Shown here one piece after another: positions 10,027 to 20,205 of a stretch of 64,000 nt of DNA. The translations under genes and the position numbers were made by a program. The DNA comes from Verrucomicrobia bacterium CG1_02_43_26 (GTDB taxonomy: Bacteria > Verrucomicrobiota > Verrucomicrobiia > Opitutales > CG1-02-43-26). Below the pieces are notes generated by a model. The model was not told the DNA's origin, searched no databases, and saw nothing but the letters and a program-made list of their open reading frames with translations. Numbering within the stretch: position 1 is the first letter of the stretch; each line of letters begins with the position of its first letter. The stretch covers positions 32,364 through 96,363 of the forward strand of contig MNWT01000004.1 of assembly GCA_001872735.1 (NCBI GenBank), written 5' to 3'.

Positions 10027-10881
10027 CTAAACCCTAGCCGATACCAACTGTGACTTCACGCTGTCTATCTTCTCATGCACATCCAATAATATAGAGTGCA
10101 ACAGGGTTTCCGAAAGGGAAAGTTTTTCAAATGTTTCAGGCAAAACATCAAGTGCCCAGGAATCTCGCCCAGGATTATGCCCAATGCCAGCCGCTATCCA
10201 ATTAGCCAAATGCATCATCCACGCGAATTTCGAGTACTTTGGGGAAATGCCTCGGGGATCATACTGAAAGCCAACTGCTTCTGAAATAACCTGCGGAAAC
10301 TTCCATTTTTCCAACAACGCTTGGCTCAACTGCGCGTGATTAAACCCAAGTACCTCTTGTTCAGCTTGGTTCAAGGGGATCATCTTTTCGTCAATCAACG
10401 CAAATACGTTGTCGTACTCTTTGTCAACACACTGGTTGATAACGGTTTTACCGATCGCGTGCAGGAGGCCAATGGTATAACATTCACTTGGGTTTTCCCC
10501 TAGTTTTGTCGCAAGAATTTCCATGCAAAAGGCGCACGCGATTGAATTTTCCCACAGCTGGCCTTCATCCAACACGTAACAGGCCACTTTGCTCCCAACA
10601 AGTCGTTTGGAAATAATCATTCCTACCAGTTTATACAACTCGCGTAGCCCAATACGGCTTATAGCCGTTTCCAGATCATCACAGGGTTCGGAAAAACCGT
10701 AAAACGCACTATTGCTCCACGCAAGTACTTGAGCCGTGAGTGCTTGGTCTACTCGCGCTAATTCAACAATTTCCCAACTGGTGCCTTCTCCACCTTGTAG
10801 TATCGTCAATAGTTTTGGCAATATTTGGGGGCTGGGTGGCAGTTGCTTGTCGTCTGCTAAAATTTCCTGAATAGTAATCAT
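10027..10881 (-). CDS. HDOD domain protein
   Basis: LPPSPQILPKLL...VDQALTAQVLAWSNSAFYGF...LETAISRIGLRELYKLV and GLLHAIGKTV are present. Its start overlaps the cheD stop (ATGA). Confidence 0.8.
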   Translation of the reverse strand: MITIQEILADDKQLPPSPQILPKLLTILQGGEGTSWEIVELARVDQALTAQVLAWSNSAFYGFSEPCDDLETAISRIGLRELYKLVGMIISKRLVGSKVACYVLDEGQLWENSIACAFCMEILATKLGENPSECYTIGLLHAIGKTVINQCVDKEYDNVFALIDEKMIPLNQAEQEVLGFNHAQLSQALLEKWKFPQVISEAVGFQYDPRGISPKYSKFAWMMHLANWIAAGIGHNPGRDSWALDVLPETFEKLSLSETLLHSILLDVHEKIDSVKSQLVSARV

Positions 10882-11408
10882 TGTAATGAAATAATTTTGG
10901 TTCCGGAGGGTGTTTTTACTTCGATAACACCGGTCTCCAGAATTAAATGGAGTGTTCTGTTATTAAACCCGCCTATATCCTCGTCTAGAATCCTAGCTTG
11001 GTAATCCGCTAACGCTGCCTTTGCGGCTGCTACATTACGTTCCCCTATTTTAAAGACATTATTCTCCGTATTCTGTGAAATCACAGAGGCTCCGCCGGCA
11101 ATAAAGAAATTTGTTCTCTGCGGGTCTACACCTAGCTCTGCTAAGGAATCCATAAATACTTTTACCCCCGTGTCCGCAAACATAGAGGGTTGCTTCTTTG
11201 CTTTCTCCACGGAAAGCCTGGAATCAGGCAGCATAAAATGTAATATCCCACCAACACTGTTAATCGGATCATAGGCAACGACACCAACACATGAGCCTAG
11301 CGCATACGTACTCAACACAACACTCGTGTTATTAGACGTTGTCATATCGCCAACGCCGACAACTATTCGTTGAGCATAAAAATTAGAAGTTTTAGGGGAT
11401 CCTCCCAT
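10878..11408 (-). CDS. cheD: CheD-family chemoreceptor glutamine deamidase homolog
   Basis: STYALGSCVGVVAYDP...GGILHFMLPDS carries the catalytic Cys/His context of CheD, and the length of 176 aa fits. Confidence 0.85.
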   Translation of the reverse strand: MGGSPKTSNFYAQRIVVGVGDMTTSNNTSVVLSTYALGSCVGVVAYDPINSVGGILHFMLPDSRLSVEKAKKQPSMFADTGVKVFMDSLAELGVDPQRTNFFIAGGASVISQNTENNVFKIGERNVAAAKAALADYQARILDEDIGGFNNRTLHLILETGVIEVKTPSGTKIISLQ

Positions 11409-11492
11409 GGGTTTTTAATAATAAAGGCTAAATTGAATCCCTGTTATTTTACAGAGGCAAAAGCAGGGGGCTAACATAATAGGGATATATAA

Positions 11493-13466
11493 CTATATTA
11501 TATAGGCTTCGTTCAATTCATCGTCAAGTTCTTCTCGTTGGTTTTTATACTTTGTCAAATTGTAGGTCTCCGTGTTACGTTTTTTATCAAGATCATCTTT
11601 TCGCGATTTCAATATCCTTAAAACCGTCTTCGCTTTCTCTTGTATCGCTTTTTCCTGCAACAACACTTTTCGTGACTTGGTTGGAGAAGCGCTGGGCTTA
11701 GAAACGGCATCACCTGCCCAAATCACCCCACCAATGATCAATCCCGCTCCTAACGCCACCGAAATCACGGAAACATTTTCCGCGAATATTACGCCAAAAT
11801 ACAATAACAGCACTCCCATCGCCACCATGAGAAAAATATATGCCGAGGGAGAGCCTTTCGGCTTCATAACCCCCGCAAGGGTCTCTTTGGCCGCCTTTAC
11901 GCCTCCTTCGTAATGCCTAATCAATGCCTCTTGCTTTTTGATGTCCGTCACGCAGGCTGCTATTTCTTGCTCGTTTTTTTCGCGCTCTTTGTTGGACTTT
12001 TTGAGCTTCTCGTCTGCCTCATCTAATCTTTTCTTTAAATCTTCGCTTTTCGCTTTCCATAAATTGCCTATCTTCGCAAATAGATCTTTTCTTTGTTTGT
12101 GCGGAAATAAGTCCAAATACGTTTTGATCGCATCGTTAAACTCAGGTTTGATAACCATAGTAAAGCGTTTCTTCATTAAATACTGGTCGTTATCTCGTTC
12201 TATAAAGCGGGTCAGTTCTTTTTCTTGTTTGCTAAAAATGATACGCACTAGATCCATATTAAAGTGGTTAAAGTGCGATAAATCCGCAAGTCGCTCTCTC
12301 GACTCTAATTGCGGTATTATCCGCAATACTTCATCATATACAGCCACCCTATGCGCGTAATCTTGGTATTTATCTTTAAGGGTTGATGATAAATGCCAGT
12401 TAACAATACCTTCGCAAACTGGCTCGGCCACTTCAAATCCTCCCGCGATCCCTGTTGAGCTCAACTCTTCTTGCTCTCTCAACCAGGAAAATGCCTCCAA
12501 CACTTCTTCCGGAGCCCTAAACAATTGTAGGCCTTCCACAGTCACCCGTTTCAAATAGCCTGCCCACAGTAACCACTTCTTTTGTACTTCCGTCTTACCT
12601 TCAAAGAGGGTCCCTATGCCTTCGGCGCCTTTTGTCGCATCGTTTTTGGGGATACCAACTACTTTCTCTATCGCAGCTTCCAATTGACCCGGAATCCCTT
12701 TACACGCTTCATAAACCGGATCCAAAAACTTACCGGGTATCTCTCTAAAATTCAGATAGGAAAGAATATCTCGCTTCGTAAATACTTCTAGTGCCACTTC
12801 ACTTAAATGAGAAAACAATGCCGGCCAATCTTCTTGTATTTCCGCTGACCCTTTAAATGCTTTTTTGCCGCTTATAATGTAGCGTACGTCTAGGTCAGGG
12901 TCCAGTTCTTCAAAGGCTTTTACGATACTATAGTGAAAGAACTTCCGATACTCGGGTGAAAAATCATCGTAATCGTCTAAGACAAAAATAACTCTCAGCT
13001 CTTGGCCGCGTTTTTCTTCATAATCATCATAGGCTTTGTAAATGCCTTTTATCAAGAGCCTTACCCACTTCTGGCATTGATCCAATGAGGCTTGCGAGGA
13101 AAAGCCTTGGTAATCGAAGGGATAGGTCGTAGCTTCTCCTTCTCCAGTACCTTCATAAATGCTTTCCAGCTTGGAATTAATCATCTCTTTCAAGGAAACA
13201 AGTTCATCTCGATTCACTTGTATTGCCTGGGTCAGCAACAGGGGCCACTTCTCAAACCACTCTTTCCCTATGCCTTTCGGAGAAAGCCAAACAAAGGGGG
13301 TGTCTATTTCTTTTAACAGGCTCCATAGCTGTCTCACCAATGTCGTCTTCCCTATACCCGTTTGCCCCGCAATGGAAAACAACCCTATACGGTCGTCCTT
13401 CTGGGTAAGTCCGTTCAGTAGCTTGTCTAATTCGACTTCGCGGTTGATTAATGGGGCATCCGACAT
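11493..13466 (-). CDS. NB-ARC/STAND-like P-loop ATPase with C-terminal coiled coils and two TM helices
   Basis: Walker A is FSIAGQTGIGKTTLVRQLW and Walker B is RVIFVLDDYDDF. The C-terminal part has K/E-rich heptad-like segments flanking AYIFLMVAMGVLLLYFGVIFA and VSVISVALGAGLIIGGVIWAG. Confidence 0.7.
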   Translation of the reverse strand: MSDAPLINREVELDKLLNGLTQKDDRIGLFSIAGQTGIGKTTLVRQLWSLLKEIDTPFVWLSPKGIGKEWFEKWPLLLTQAIQVNRDELVSLKEMINSKLESIYEGTGEGEATTYPFDYQGFSSQASLDQCQKWVRLLIKGIYKAYDDYEEKRGQELRVIFVLDDYDDFSPEYRKFFHYSIVKAFEELDPDLDVRYIISGKKAFKGSAEIQEDWPALFSHLSEVALEVFTKRDILSYLNFREIPGKFLDPVYEACKGIPGQLEAAIEKVVGIPKNDATKGAEGIGTLFEGKTEVQKKWLLWAGYLKRVTVEGLQLFRAPEEVLEAFSWLREQEELSSTGIAGGFEVAEPVCEGIVNWHLSSTLKDKYQDYAHRVAVYDEVLRIIPQLESRERLADLSHFNHFNMDLVRIIFSKQEKELTRFIERDNDQYLMKKRFTMVIKPEFNDAIKTYLDLFPHKQRKDLFAKIGNLWKAKSEDLKKRLDEADEKLKKSNKEREKNEQEIAACVTDIKKQEALIRHYEGGVKAAKETLAGVMKPKGSPSAYIFLMVAMGVLLLYFGVIFAENVSVISVALGAGLIIGGVIWAGDAVSKPSASPTKSRKVLLQEKAIQEKAKTVLRILKSRKDDLDKKRNTETYNLTKYKNQREELDDELNEAYII

Positions 13467-13613
13467 ATTTTTATAACTGTCCTATTTTCATGTCGTCATA
13501 AATCGCAATAACTTAAATCACTATAGGAACAAAAAACTGTCCAGGTTGTCTACAAATTATTGAAGTGACAGGACTGCCCAACCTAGATAAACTTTCTATA
13601 TATCCAATAAATC

Positions 13614-14060
13614 ATGCTCACTAGTCCGCTCAATTTAAAACAGCACATAAAAAAGCCCAGCTATCACTTTGTCTGTATCGCTTTTCTTGATGCCCTGATC
13701 ATCGCTTTCTTTTTCTCCTTATTCGGTTCCCGTTTTATCTCCTCTCCGGGAATAGCTATTACTGTGCCCGATGCAAGCGCGGACATCGTCACCCAAAGCA
13801 TCAAAACGGGTAATGTGATCGTTTTAACCATTAAATCAGGCAATATGATTCTGTTCGATGGGGGTATCCATAACCTTAAAACACTTCCCGTCTTGCTTGA
13901 AAAATACCTGCATAACAAAAACAGGGAGTATAGTCTTGTCCTCGTTAAAGCGGATAAAACGGTTGAAATAAACACACTTGCCCAGCTCGCTGGCATCATA
14001 AAAGCCCAAGGAATCACTCAAATACAATTAGCCGCAAACACTCGTGAATCTTCTCTTTAA
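13614..14060 (+). CDS. ExbD/TolR family biopolymer transport protein
   Basis: It has a single N-terminal TM helix (FVCIAFLDALIIAFFFSLF) and a periplasmic domain ending LVLVKADKTVEINTLAQLAGIIKAQGI. Confidence 0.6.
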   Translation: MLTSPLNLKQHIKKPSYHFVCIAFLDALIIAFFFSLFGSRFISSPGIAITVPDASADIVTQSIKTGNVIVLTIKSGNMILFDGGIHNLKTLPVLLEKYLHNKNREYSLVLVKADKTVEINTLAQLAGIIKAQGITQIQLAANTRESSL

Positions 14061-14757
14061 AAAAGCGCTTCCGGTGAACTCGTTTCTCAATATCGCTATT
14101 GTGGCGAGCTTGGTTGTGTATGCCTTAGTTTACTTTTTTCTCTCTGGGTCAATTAACGCTCCCTATTTCCCTTCGTTTCAAACGGGTCATTTTCAGGTTA
14201 ATAGTCTACCGGAGGCATCGGATTTCATCGCGTTTGAGCTCTATAACACCGAGCCTCTTTTCCTCCCTTCCGAATGGAGCGCAAACAGCAATATCCGTAA
14301 CCAAAATTATACAACCGAGCAATTGGCTCTATTAAGCGCCTACGCCCCAAAGACACTAGAGGTAAATGTTCCTTCCACAACATTTTTGCCGTCCCGCTTC
14401 GCTAAAACAAGGGCGTACAGCGTTTTATTCACCTCCCCTTTCAATCTTTACAAACAGGATAAGGCTCCTTCGCTCAATAGGCTGCCAAATAAAGTCTACT
14501 TAAAGCAGGAAAACTTTAATGGCGCGTCACCCTCAACTTTAATCGATTTCGAAGCCTCAAGTAATACCAGCCAAGCCATTTGGTATCCCGTTTCTTTCGC
14601 TTTGCAGGTGCAGGACAGCCTGCCAATTGGTAAGCCCCAGCTCCTCAATTCTTCCGGCAACCTGGATATCGACCAAGAGCTTCTCTCCCGACTAGAGGGC
14701 TACATAAACCGCCAAAATCTTGAAGACGGTTATTACTGTATGACGTGGAGCCACTAA
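14044..14757 (+). CDS. hypothetical membrane-anchored protein
   Basis: A 237-aa ORF (GTG start) that overlaps the exbD-like stop by 17 nt. It has one N-terminal TM helix (FLNIAIVASLVVYALVYFFL). I recognise no family. Confidence 0.4.
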   Translation: MNLLFKKALPVNSFLNIAIVASLVVYALVYFFLSGSINAPYFPSFQTGHFQVNSLPEASDFIAFELYNTEPLFLPSEWSANSNIRNQNYTTEQLALLSAYAPKTLEVNVPSTTFLPSRFAKTRAYSVLFTSPFNLYKQDKAPSLNRLPNKVYLKQENFNGASPSTLIDFEASSNTSQAIWYPVSFALQVQDSLPIGKPQLLNSSGNLDIDQELLSRLEGYINRQNLEDGYYCMTWSH

Positions 14758-14776
14758 CAATACGCTACCACCCTAT

Positions 14777-15067
14777 TTAAAGCTGCGTAAATGCGTAAAA
14801 ATTCACAGCTTTCCGCTCTTCTTCAGGCACTTCCACATACGCCACAATATACCGAAAATACCCCAAACGATCTTTAGGTACATCCAGCTTTATCCGCGTA
14901 ATCTCTTCATACAAAACTTCAGGAGAACGCCCAATCAACTGGTAACTTTCCGTAAACCCCAAATCTAATAGATCCCGCGCGGTTGCTGTATTCACTTTCG
15001 GTATTTTCATAAACGCGGAATTCAGCGCCTCTAAATCTACCTTCTTCTTTTTCTTCTCAACAGACAT
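14777..15067 (-). CDS. small helix-hairpin-helix-like protein
   Basis: The ORF is 14777..15115; the start MSVEKKKKK at 15067 avoids overlap with the SNF2 stop. IPKVNTATARDLLDLGF resembles an HhH motif. Confidence 0.45.
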   Translation of the reverse strand: MSVEKKKKKVDLEALNSAFMKIPKVNTATARDLLDLGFTESYQLIGRSPEVLYEEITRIKLDVPKDRLGYFRYIVAYVEVPEEERKAVNFYAFTQL

Positions 15068-15089
15068 ATACGCCCTATAGTAATAGGCA

Positions 15090-17579
15090 TTAACGATTAT
15101 CTGGCAACAACTCAATCAGATCACTCAACGAGCGATAGTAATTCTTGATGTCAGAAATATCAGACATCGCGCCCACAACGCCGGAGAAAAGGTCTCTCTT
15201 CTCAACTTTAAGCTGCTGCACTCTCGCCTCAATCGTCCCCGGCGTAATCATCCGGTAAACAAACACAGGCTTGTCTTGCCCAATACGGTGCACACGGTCA
15301 ATCGCTTGATCCTCCACCGCTGGGTTCCACCACGGATCCATCAAGAAAACATAATCCGCGTTATGCAGGGTTATTCCCACACCACCGGCACGCAAGCTCA
15401 CTAAAATAATGCCCGCGCCTTCCAGCTTCTGAAAATCATTAACCGGTTCACCACGATCTTTCGTCTGCCCGGTTAAGGTAAACCGTGGCACGTCAGGGAA
15501 AAACTTCGCCAACGCCTGGTCAATCCGATCAATCAAGGAAGTAAACTGGCTAAAGATAACCGCTTTGTGGCCGTTTGCTAAAATCTCCTCAAGCTTATCG
15601 ATCAAATTCAAGATCTTGCCGCTCGCCATAAAATCAATGTCCATCCAAGGCAACAACCCAGGGTCACAACACACTTGGCGCAAACGTGTCAACAGGGTCA
15701 AAAAGCTTAGCGACTGCTCACTCACAGCTTTGGGTAAATCATTCCCCAATTGCGTAATACCCTCCGAAGTCAATCGCTCATATTCCGCACTCTGCACCTC
15801 CGTCAACGGGCACAAACACTCAATCTCAGTCTTACCGGGTAATTCTTTTAAGACATCTTCCTTGGTTCGTCTTAAAACAAAGGGCGCAATCTGTTTACGT
15901 AAAATTTGTTGCACGTGAGGATTCGTAGATCGCTCCTCAAACTGCCTGCGCCCGCCCATTAACCCGGGCATCAAGAAGCGAAACAGCGTCCATATATCCA
16001 AATAACGGTTCTCCAGTGGCGTACCTGTCAAGACGATACGATGCTCGGATTGTATCTTCATACAAGCCTGGGAAACTTTAGCATCCGGGTTTTTAATATG
16101 CTGGGCTTCGTCTAAAATCACGTATCCAAAATTTGTACGATCCAGTAAAAATTTATGTCGGCGTAACTGCGTATAACTCGCCAACCACAATACTTTTTCC
16201 TCGCAGCTGATAAAGTCATGTCCTGCTTTTAAAACCTCAGTCCGTAGATGCGGGAAAAATCGTTTTGCTTCTTTCTCCCAAACAGGAACAACACTGGCTG
16301 GGCAAACTATAATATTCGGCTTATCATAGTAATCACGGCTCGCAATCAAAGACAATATTTGCAACGTCTTACCCAATCCCATTTCATCTGCCAACAACCC
16401 ATGGCAATTATTATCACATAAATGCCATAACCAAGAAACGCCCTGCTTCTGATAGGATCTTAAAAATTCGGGCAATGCTTTGTTATCACTGGGAATCATA
16501 TGCAGAGACTCTCGCCACTGCTTCAACTCGTCAGACAAATTCACCTTCACGGGATCATCCTTCAATAAGGAGAACATCAGGTACTTTGGAATTTCATCCT
16601 CAGGGCTCGAATCCATCCAGTCCTTCCAACTCGCCAACATAGCCGTCTTCTCTTTTGTAAGGGCTACAAGCCCCACTTTTGGAATAAGTAGTGGCTGATG
16701 GTGCGCCCGTATCAATCGCACGCAATCCTCTGGCTCCAAAATACTTTTCCCAATCCGCATATCCCAAGAAAAATCAAGCGTGCCTTCATCTTGATCAACA
16801 AGCGAAAGGGTTAGCTCTACTTCCTGGATGCCTTTAGGGATACGTTTCAGCTCTTCCGGTAGATCAAACTCGAAATACGTTTCCCATGTGCCCACTTCTT
16901 TATCCCAGAAGGTCTTGATTTGCTCCAAATCGTCCAACACATACGTGCCGGCATTGGCTCTAAACTGAAAACTCGATCGTCTTGCCAAGCTCGCCAATCG
17001 TATTAATTTCTCACGCTCTTGGGGCGTTGTCTCATCGGGTAAATTCTTTCCTTGCTTTAAGGCTAAGGAATAGGTTCCGTCCGCATGCTTCCACTGTGGC
17101 TTAAATAAAATACTCTTCAGCCGAGACTCAAATTGCAATACTAGTGGCCGCATCCCATTTGTCTTTGGTTTGCTCAATGCCACATTATACCCAGCTTGCG
17201 CGGGTTCTTCACATTTAGTAGTAACTTCCTGTTTCGCTTCTTGGGGCGTACCTTCCGTGGCAACCACTTTTACAATTTCTAAAAACCCCGCATAGGCGAG
17301 CGCTCTGCCCAAAAAGCCGTCTTGTCCCGCGACACGAATGCTAAAGCTTTCCCCGTCACAGTCCACTAAGGCGTAACAGTCTTCTTGGTCAAATCGAGCA
17401 TTCACAATAGCTCCCGTCTCCGTCAGCTCCAGCTCCCTGATCTCAAAATTTTGAAATATCTCTTTCCCGAGGGACACTTCACTCGGGCTAAATTGCGTTT
17501 TCCAGTTAAGTCCTATTTTTTCAGACCAAAACTGAATCGATTCGGGGCTATATATATGTTTTGGGGGAGATAACGGCAT
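15090..17579 (-). CDS. SNF2-family helicase
   Basis: LADEMGLGKT (motif I), ILDEAQHIKN (motif II), and the C-terminal block LVSLRAGGVGITLHNADYVFLMDPWWNPAVEDQAIDRVHRIGQ. Confidence 0.9.
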   Translation of the reverse strand: MPLSPPKHIYSPESIQFWSEKIGLNWKTQFSPSEVSLGKEIFQNFEIRELELTETGAIVNARFDQEDCYALVDCDGESFSIRVAGQDGFLGRALAYAGFLEIVKVVATEGTPQEAKQEVTTKCEEPAQAGYNVALSKPKTNGMRPLVLQFESRLKSILFKPQWKHADGTYSLALKQGKNLPDETTPQEREKLIRLASLARRSSFQFRANAGTYVLDDLEQIKTFWDKEVGTWETYFEFDLPEELKRIPKGIQEVELTLSLVDQDEGTLDFSWDMRIGKSILEPEDCVRLIRAHHQPLLIPKVGLVALTKEKTAMLASWKDWMDSSPEDEIPKYLMFSLLKDDPVKVNLSDELKQWRESLHMIPSDNKALPEFLRSYQKQGVSWLWHLCDNNCHGLLADEMGLGKTLQILSLIASRDYYDKPNIIVCPASVVPVWEKEAKRFFPHLRTEVLKAGHDFISCEEKVLWLASYTQLRRHKFLLDRTNFGYVILDEAQHIKNPDAKVSQACMKIQSEHRIVLTGTPLENRYLDIWTLFRFLMPGLMGGRRQFEERSTNPHVQQILRKQIAPFVLRRTKEDVLKELPGKTEIECLCPLTEVQSAEYERLTSEGITQLGNDLPKAVSEQSLSFLTLLTRLRQVCCDPGLLPWMDIDFMASGKILNLIDKLEEILANGHKAVIFSQFTSLIDRIDQALAKFFPDVPRFTLTGQTKDRGEPVNDFQKLEGAGIILVSLRAGGVGITLHNADYVFLMDPWWNPAVEDQAIDRVHRIGQDKPVFVYRMITPGTIEARVQQLKVEKRDLFSGVVGAMSDISDIKNYYRSLSDLIELLPDNR

Positions 17580-17729
17580 AACATACTCAAAAGGTTTTTA
17601 TAAAGGAGATCCTAGTTTATCGGAGCTCCATTTCCAAAGCAGGGGTATTGTGCTTAAAAATATAAGGTTGATCAAGTAAAAAAACGAATAATAATTCTCG
17701 AAAGGCTTTGTAGAAAGTCCTGCACGACA

Positions 17730-18128
17730 TTAGGAATCCCAATGTGTCCCATGATTTACCGCTTCCAAGCGCCATCCATTAGGGTCAATCACATACGCGG
17801 CATAATAATGAGCATGGTACTCCAGGTGCATCGATGGGGTTCCATTACAAACAGCACCCAATTTTATCGCATGCTTATACCACTCATCCACAAAGGATTG
17901 GCTACGCGCGTGAAACGCAATATGCAATCCTCTCGCTTTTCCTACATACTCATCGGCGTTCCCTTTCACGCCAATCCAAAAAAATGGCTTACCGTGCTCT
18001 CCATAACCCGCCATACTATATTCATTAAAGGTCATCAAGCGCTCTATACCGAGAATAGCAAGCGTCTCATCATAAAAACGCATGGATTGCTCAAAATCAT
18101 TAACCGCAATCGAAAGGTGGTCTAACAT
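17730..18128 (-). CDS. VOC (glyoxalase/bleomycin-resistance) family protein
   Basis: MLDHLSIAVNDFEQSMRFYDETL and HIAFHA, at the typical ~130-aa VOC size. Confidence 0.8.
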   Translation of the reverse strand: MLDHLSIAVNDFEQSMRFYDETLAILGIERLMTFNEYSMAGYGEHGKPFFWIGVKGNADEYVGKARGLHIAFHARSQSFVDEWYKHAIKLGAVCNGTPSMHLEYHAHYYAAYVIDPNGWRLEAVNHGTHWDS

Positions 18129-18227
18129 CGTCTTATAGGGGGTTGAAAAAATAATAGATAACTATATGCATTCTGTCCAATCCCTCTTTTTTGTCAACAG
18201 GGAAAGCCGAAAAAAGCGTTATTAAAA

Positions 18228-19700
18228 TCAACCAAATCGCTTACTCCTAGCCTCAACTGCCCATTCATAGGTCTCCGAATAATGCTTGGCAGACTTATCC
18301 CATGAGCACTCGTGGCTCATCGCATTGTGTTGTAATTTTTTATACGCCGACTTCCGATCATAATACGTAGCGCATGCCCAGCCTATTGTATAATAAAGGG
18401 CTTCCGGCGTAGGGTGTTGAAATAAAAACCCTGTCCCTTCATCTTTGTCTTCTTGATATTGTGCAATGGTATCGACTAGGCCTCCGGTCGCTCGCGCAAT
18501 CGGTAAGGTTCCATACTGCATCGAATATAGCTGATTTAACCCACAGGGCTCAAAGCGGCTTGGCATAATAAAGAAATCACTCCCGGCTTCTATCTTATGC
18601 GCCAAGCTTTCTTTATAGCCTATGTATACGCCTACGCGCCCTGGGTACAGGGCGGCCATCTGGTTAAACCCGTTCTCCAAAAAGCTTTCTCCGGTTCCCA
18701 ATATCACAATCTGTATGTGCATCTCGTGCATAATCCAGGGTATGATATTCAGTAATAGATCGAGTCCTTTTTGATCAACCAGGCGGGATATGACTCCCAT
18801 CACCGGGATAGAGTCGTTCACTTCTAAATGAAAGAGCTCCTGTAGGTCTTTTTTACAAATGGCTTTTCCGGATAAATCGTCTTTGCTGAAGTTTGCTTTA
18901 ATGAGTTTGTCGGTCTCAGGATTCCAAATATCGGTATCAATCCCGTTAACAATGCCGACTAAATCGCTCGCGCGAAACTTTATCACAGGATCCAACCCGC
19001 ACCCGTACTCAGCCGTCTGTATCTCACGCGCGTAATTCGGGCTAACTGTCGTCAACTTGGTTGCGTTATATATGCCCCCTTTCATCATATTAACATTGCC
19101 GAGCGCCTCCAAGCAGTCTTCTCGAAGCACATGGGCAGGTAATCCCGCAAATCCCAAAACCTCTGGCCCAAAGATCCCTTGGTGCATCAGGTTGTGAATC
19201 GAGAACACACTCGCCACATTCCCTAGGGGCTTTCGCCACTCGATTGTATTGAGATAAACAGGTATCAATCCCGTCGTCCAATCATTGCAATGAATCACAT
19301 CCGGCACCCAATTCAAGTAATAACATAGATCCATAGCCGCGCGGCTTAAAAAGGTAAAGCGCTCATTGTTATCAGCATGGCTACCCCAGGGGCCTGTATA
19401 GATTTCGTGTCGCGCGAAATATTTATTGTACTCAATTAAATTAAGCTTCACACCGGAATCTTCAAAATTCGTCTCCCACAATTGGCAAAACTCCACTCGT
19501 CCGTATCCCAAATTTACAATCATGGGCTCAGGATAAGCTTTATAGTCTCTAGAAAGATCCCAGCCACCGTACTTCGGGCATATAATGCGCACCTCATGTC
19601 CTAGCTTCACAAGCGCTTTAGAGAGCGCCGCCACCATGTCCGCTAATCCGCCTACTTTCGCATAGGGTGCCACCTCGGGGCTGACCATCAATATCTTCAT
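18228..19700 (-). CDS. glgA: glycogen synthase
   Basis: The ORF extends to 19760, but MKILMVSPEVAPYAKVGGLADMV starts at 19700, preceded by GGGAGG. The C-terminal GT-B block is EPCGLNQLYSMQYGTLPIARATGGLVDT. Confidence 0.9.
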   Translation of the reverse strand: MKILMVSPEVAPYAKVGGLADMVAALSKALVKLGHEVRIICPKYGGWDLSRDYKAYPEPMIVNLGYGRVEFCQLWETNFEDSGVKLNLIEYNKYFARHEIYTGPWGSHADNNERFTFLSRAAMDLCYYLNWVPDVIHCNDWTTGLIPVYLNTIEWRKPLGNVASVFSIHNLMHQGIFGPEVLGFAGLPAHVLREDCLEALGNVNMMKGGIYNATKLTTVSPNYAREIQTAEYGCGLDPVIKFRASDLVGIVNGIDTDIWNPETDKLIKANFSKDDLSGKAICKKDLQELFHLEVNDSIPVMGVISRLVDQKGLDLLLNIIPWIMHEMHIQIVILGTGESFLENGFNQMAALYPGRVGVYIGYKESLAHKIEAGSDFFIMPSRFEPCGLNQLYSMQYGTLPIARATGGLVDTIAQYQEDKDEGTGFLFQHPTPEALYYTIGWACATYYDRKSAYKKLQHNAMSHECSWDKSAKHYSETYEWAVEARSKRFG

Positions 19701-20205
19701 ATGCCTCCCATAAGGGACTATTGTAATGAAAAAGGCAAAAACAAAGCGCGGCTCCTTCACTCGTAAAATTTTGCAAAACCGATCACTTCGATTAGAATAC
19801 CGTCATAACCTCCCTATTAAGGCTAATTAACTACGCTCGCGCTCATAGACAATACCAATTTCAACGCTCTTACCGCTTTTCACAAGAACGCCTTTCTCCT
19901 TAATACTGCAGAGTCACTTACCCCTTACGCAGCACTTAAAAAGCGAGTTGTAAAGAAAAGAACGATCATTATTACTGCAATCAACAGGAGGATTTTTGTT
20001 CGGGGTGTCATATACCAAAGGTAACAATGCTTGCTTTCAAGTTCAAACAATTATTTTCTACCTAAAACGAGCGTAAAAAACTGACACCCTTATGTGTAGA
20101 AATTTATTACTTTTAACAAGAAAATCCACACGTTTCCAGAATAAATAACCATGATTCCTTATTAAACCTTAGAGCCTAATTTTTAATAAGATGCTCTCAT
20201 TTTTC

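Noticed and set aside
9100-11408. Reading the cheD region as part of a conventional chemotaxis operon.
   Set aside because: No cheA, cheW, cheY, cheR, cheB, cheC or MCP genes are present nearby. The neighbours are HDOD proteins and a STAND-like ATPase.
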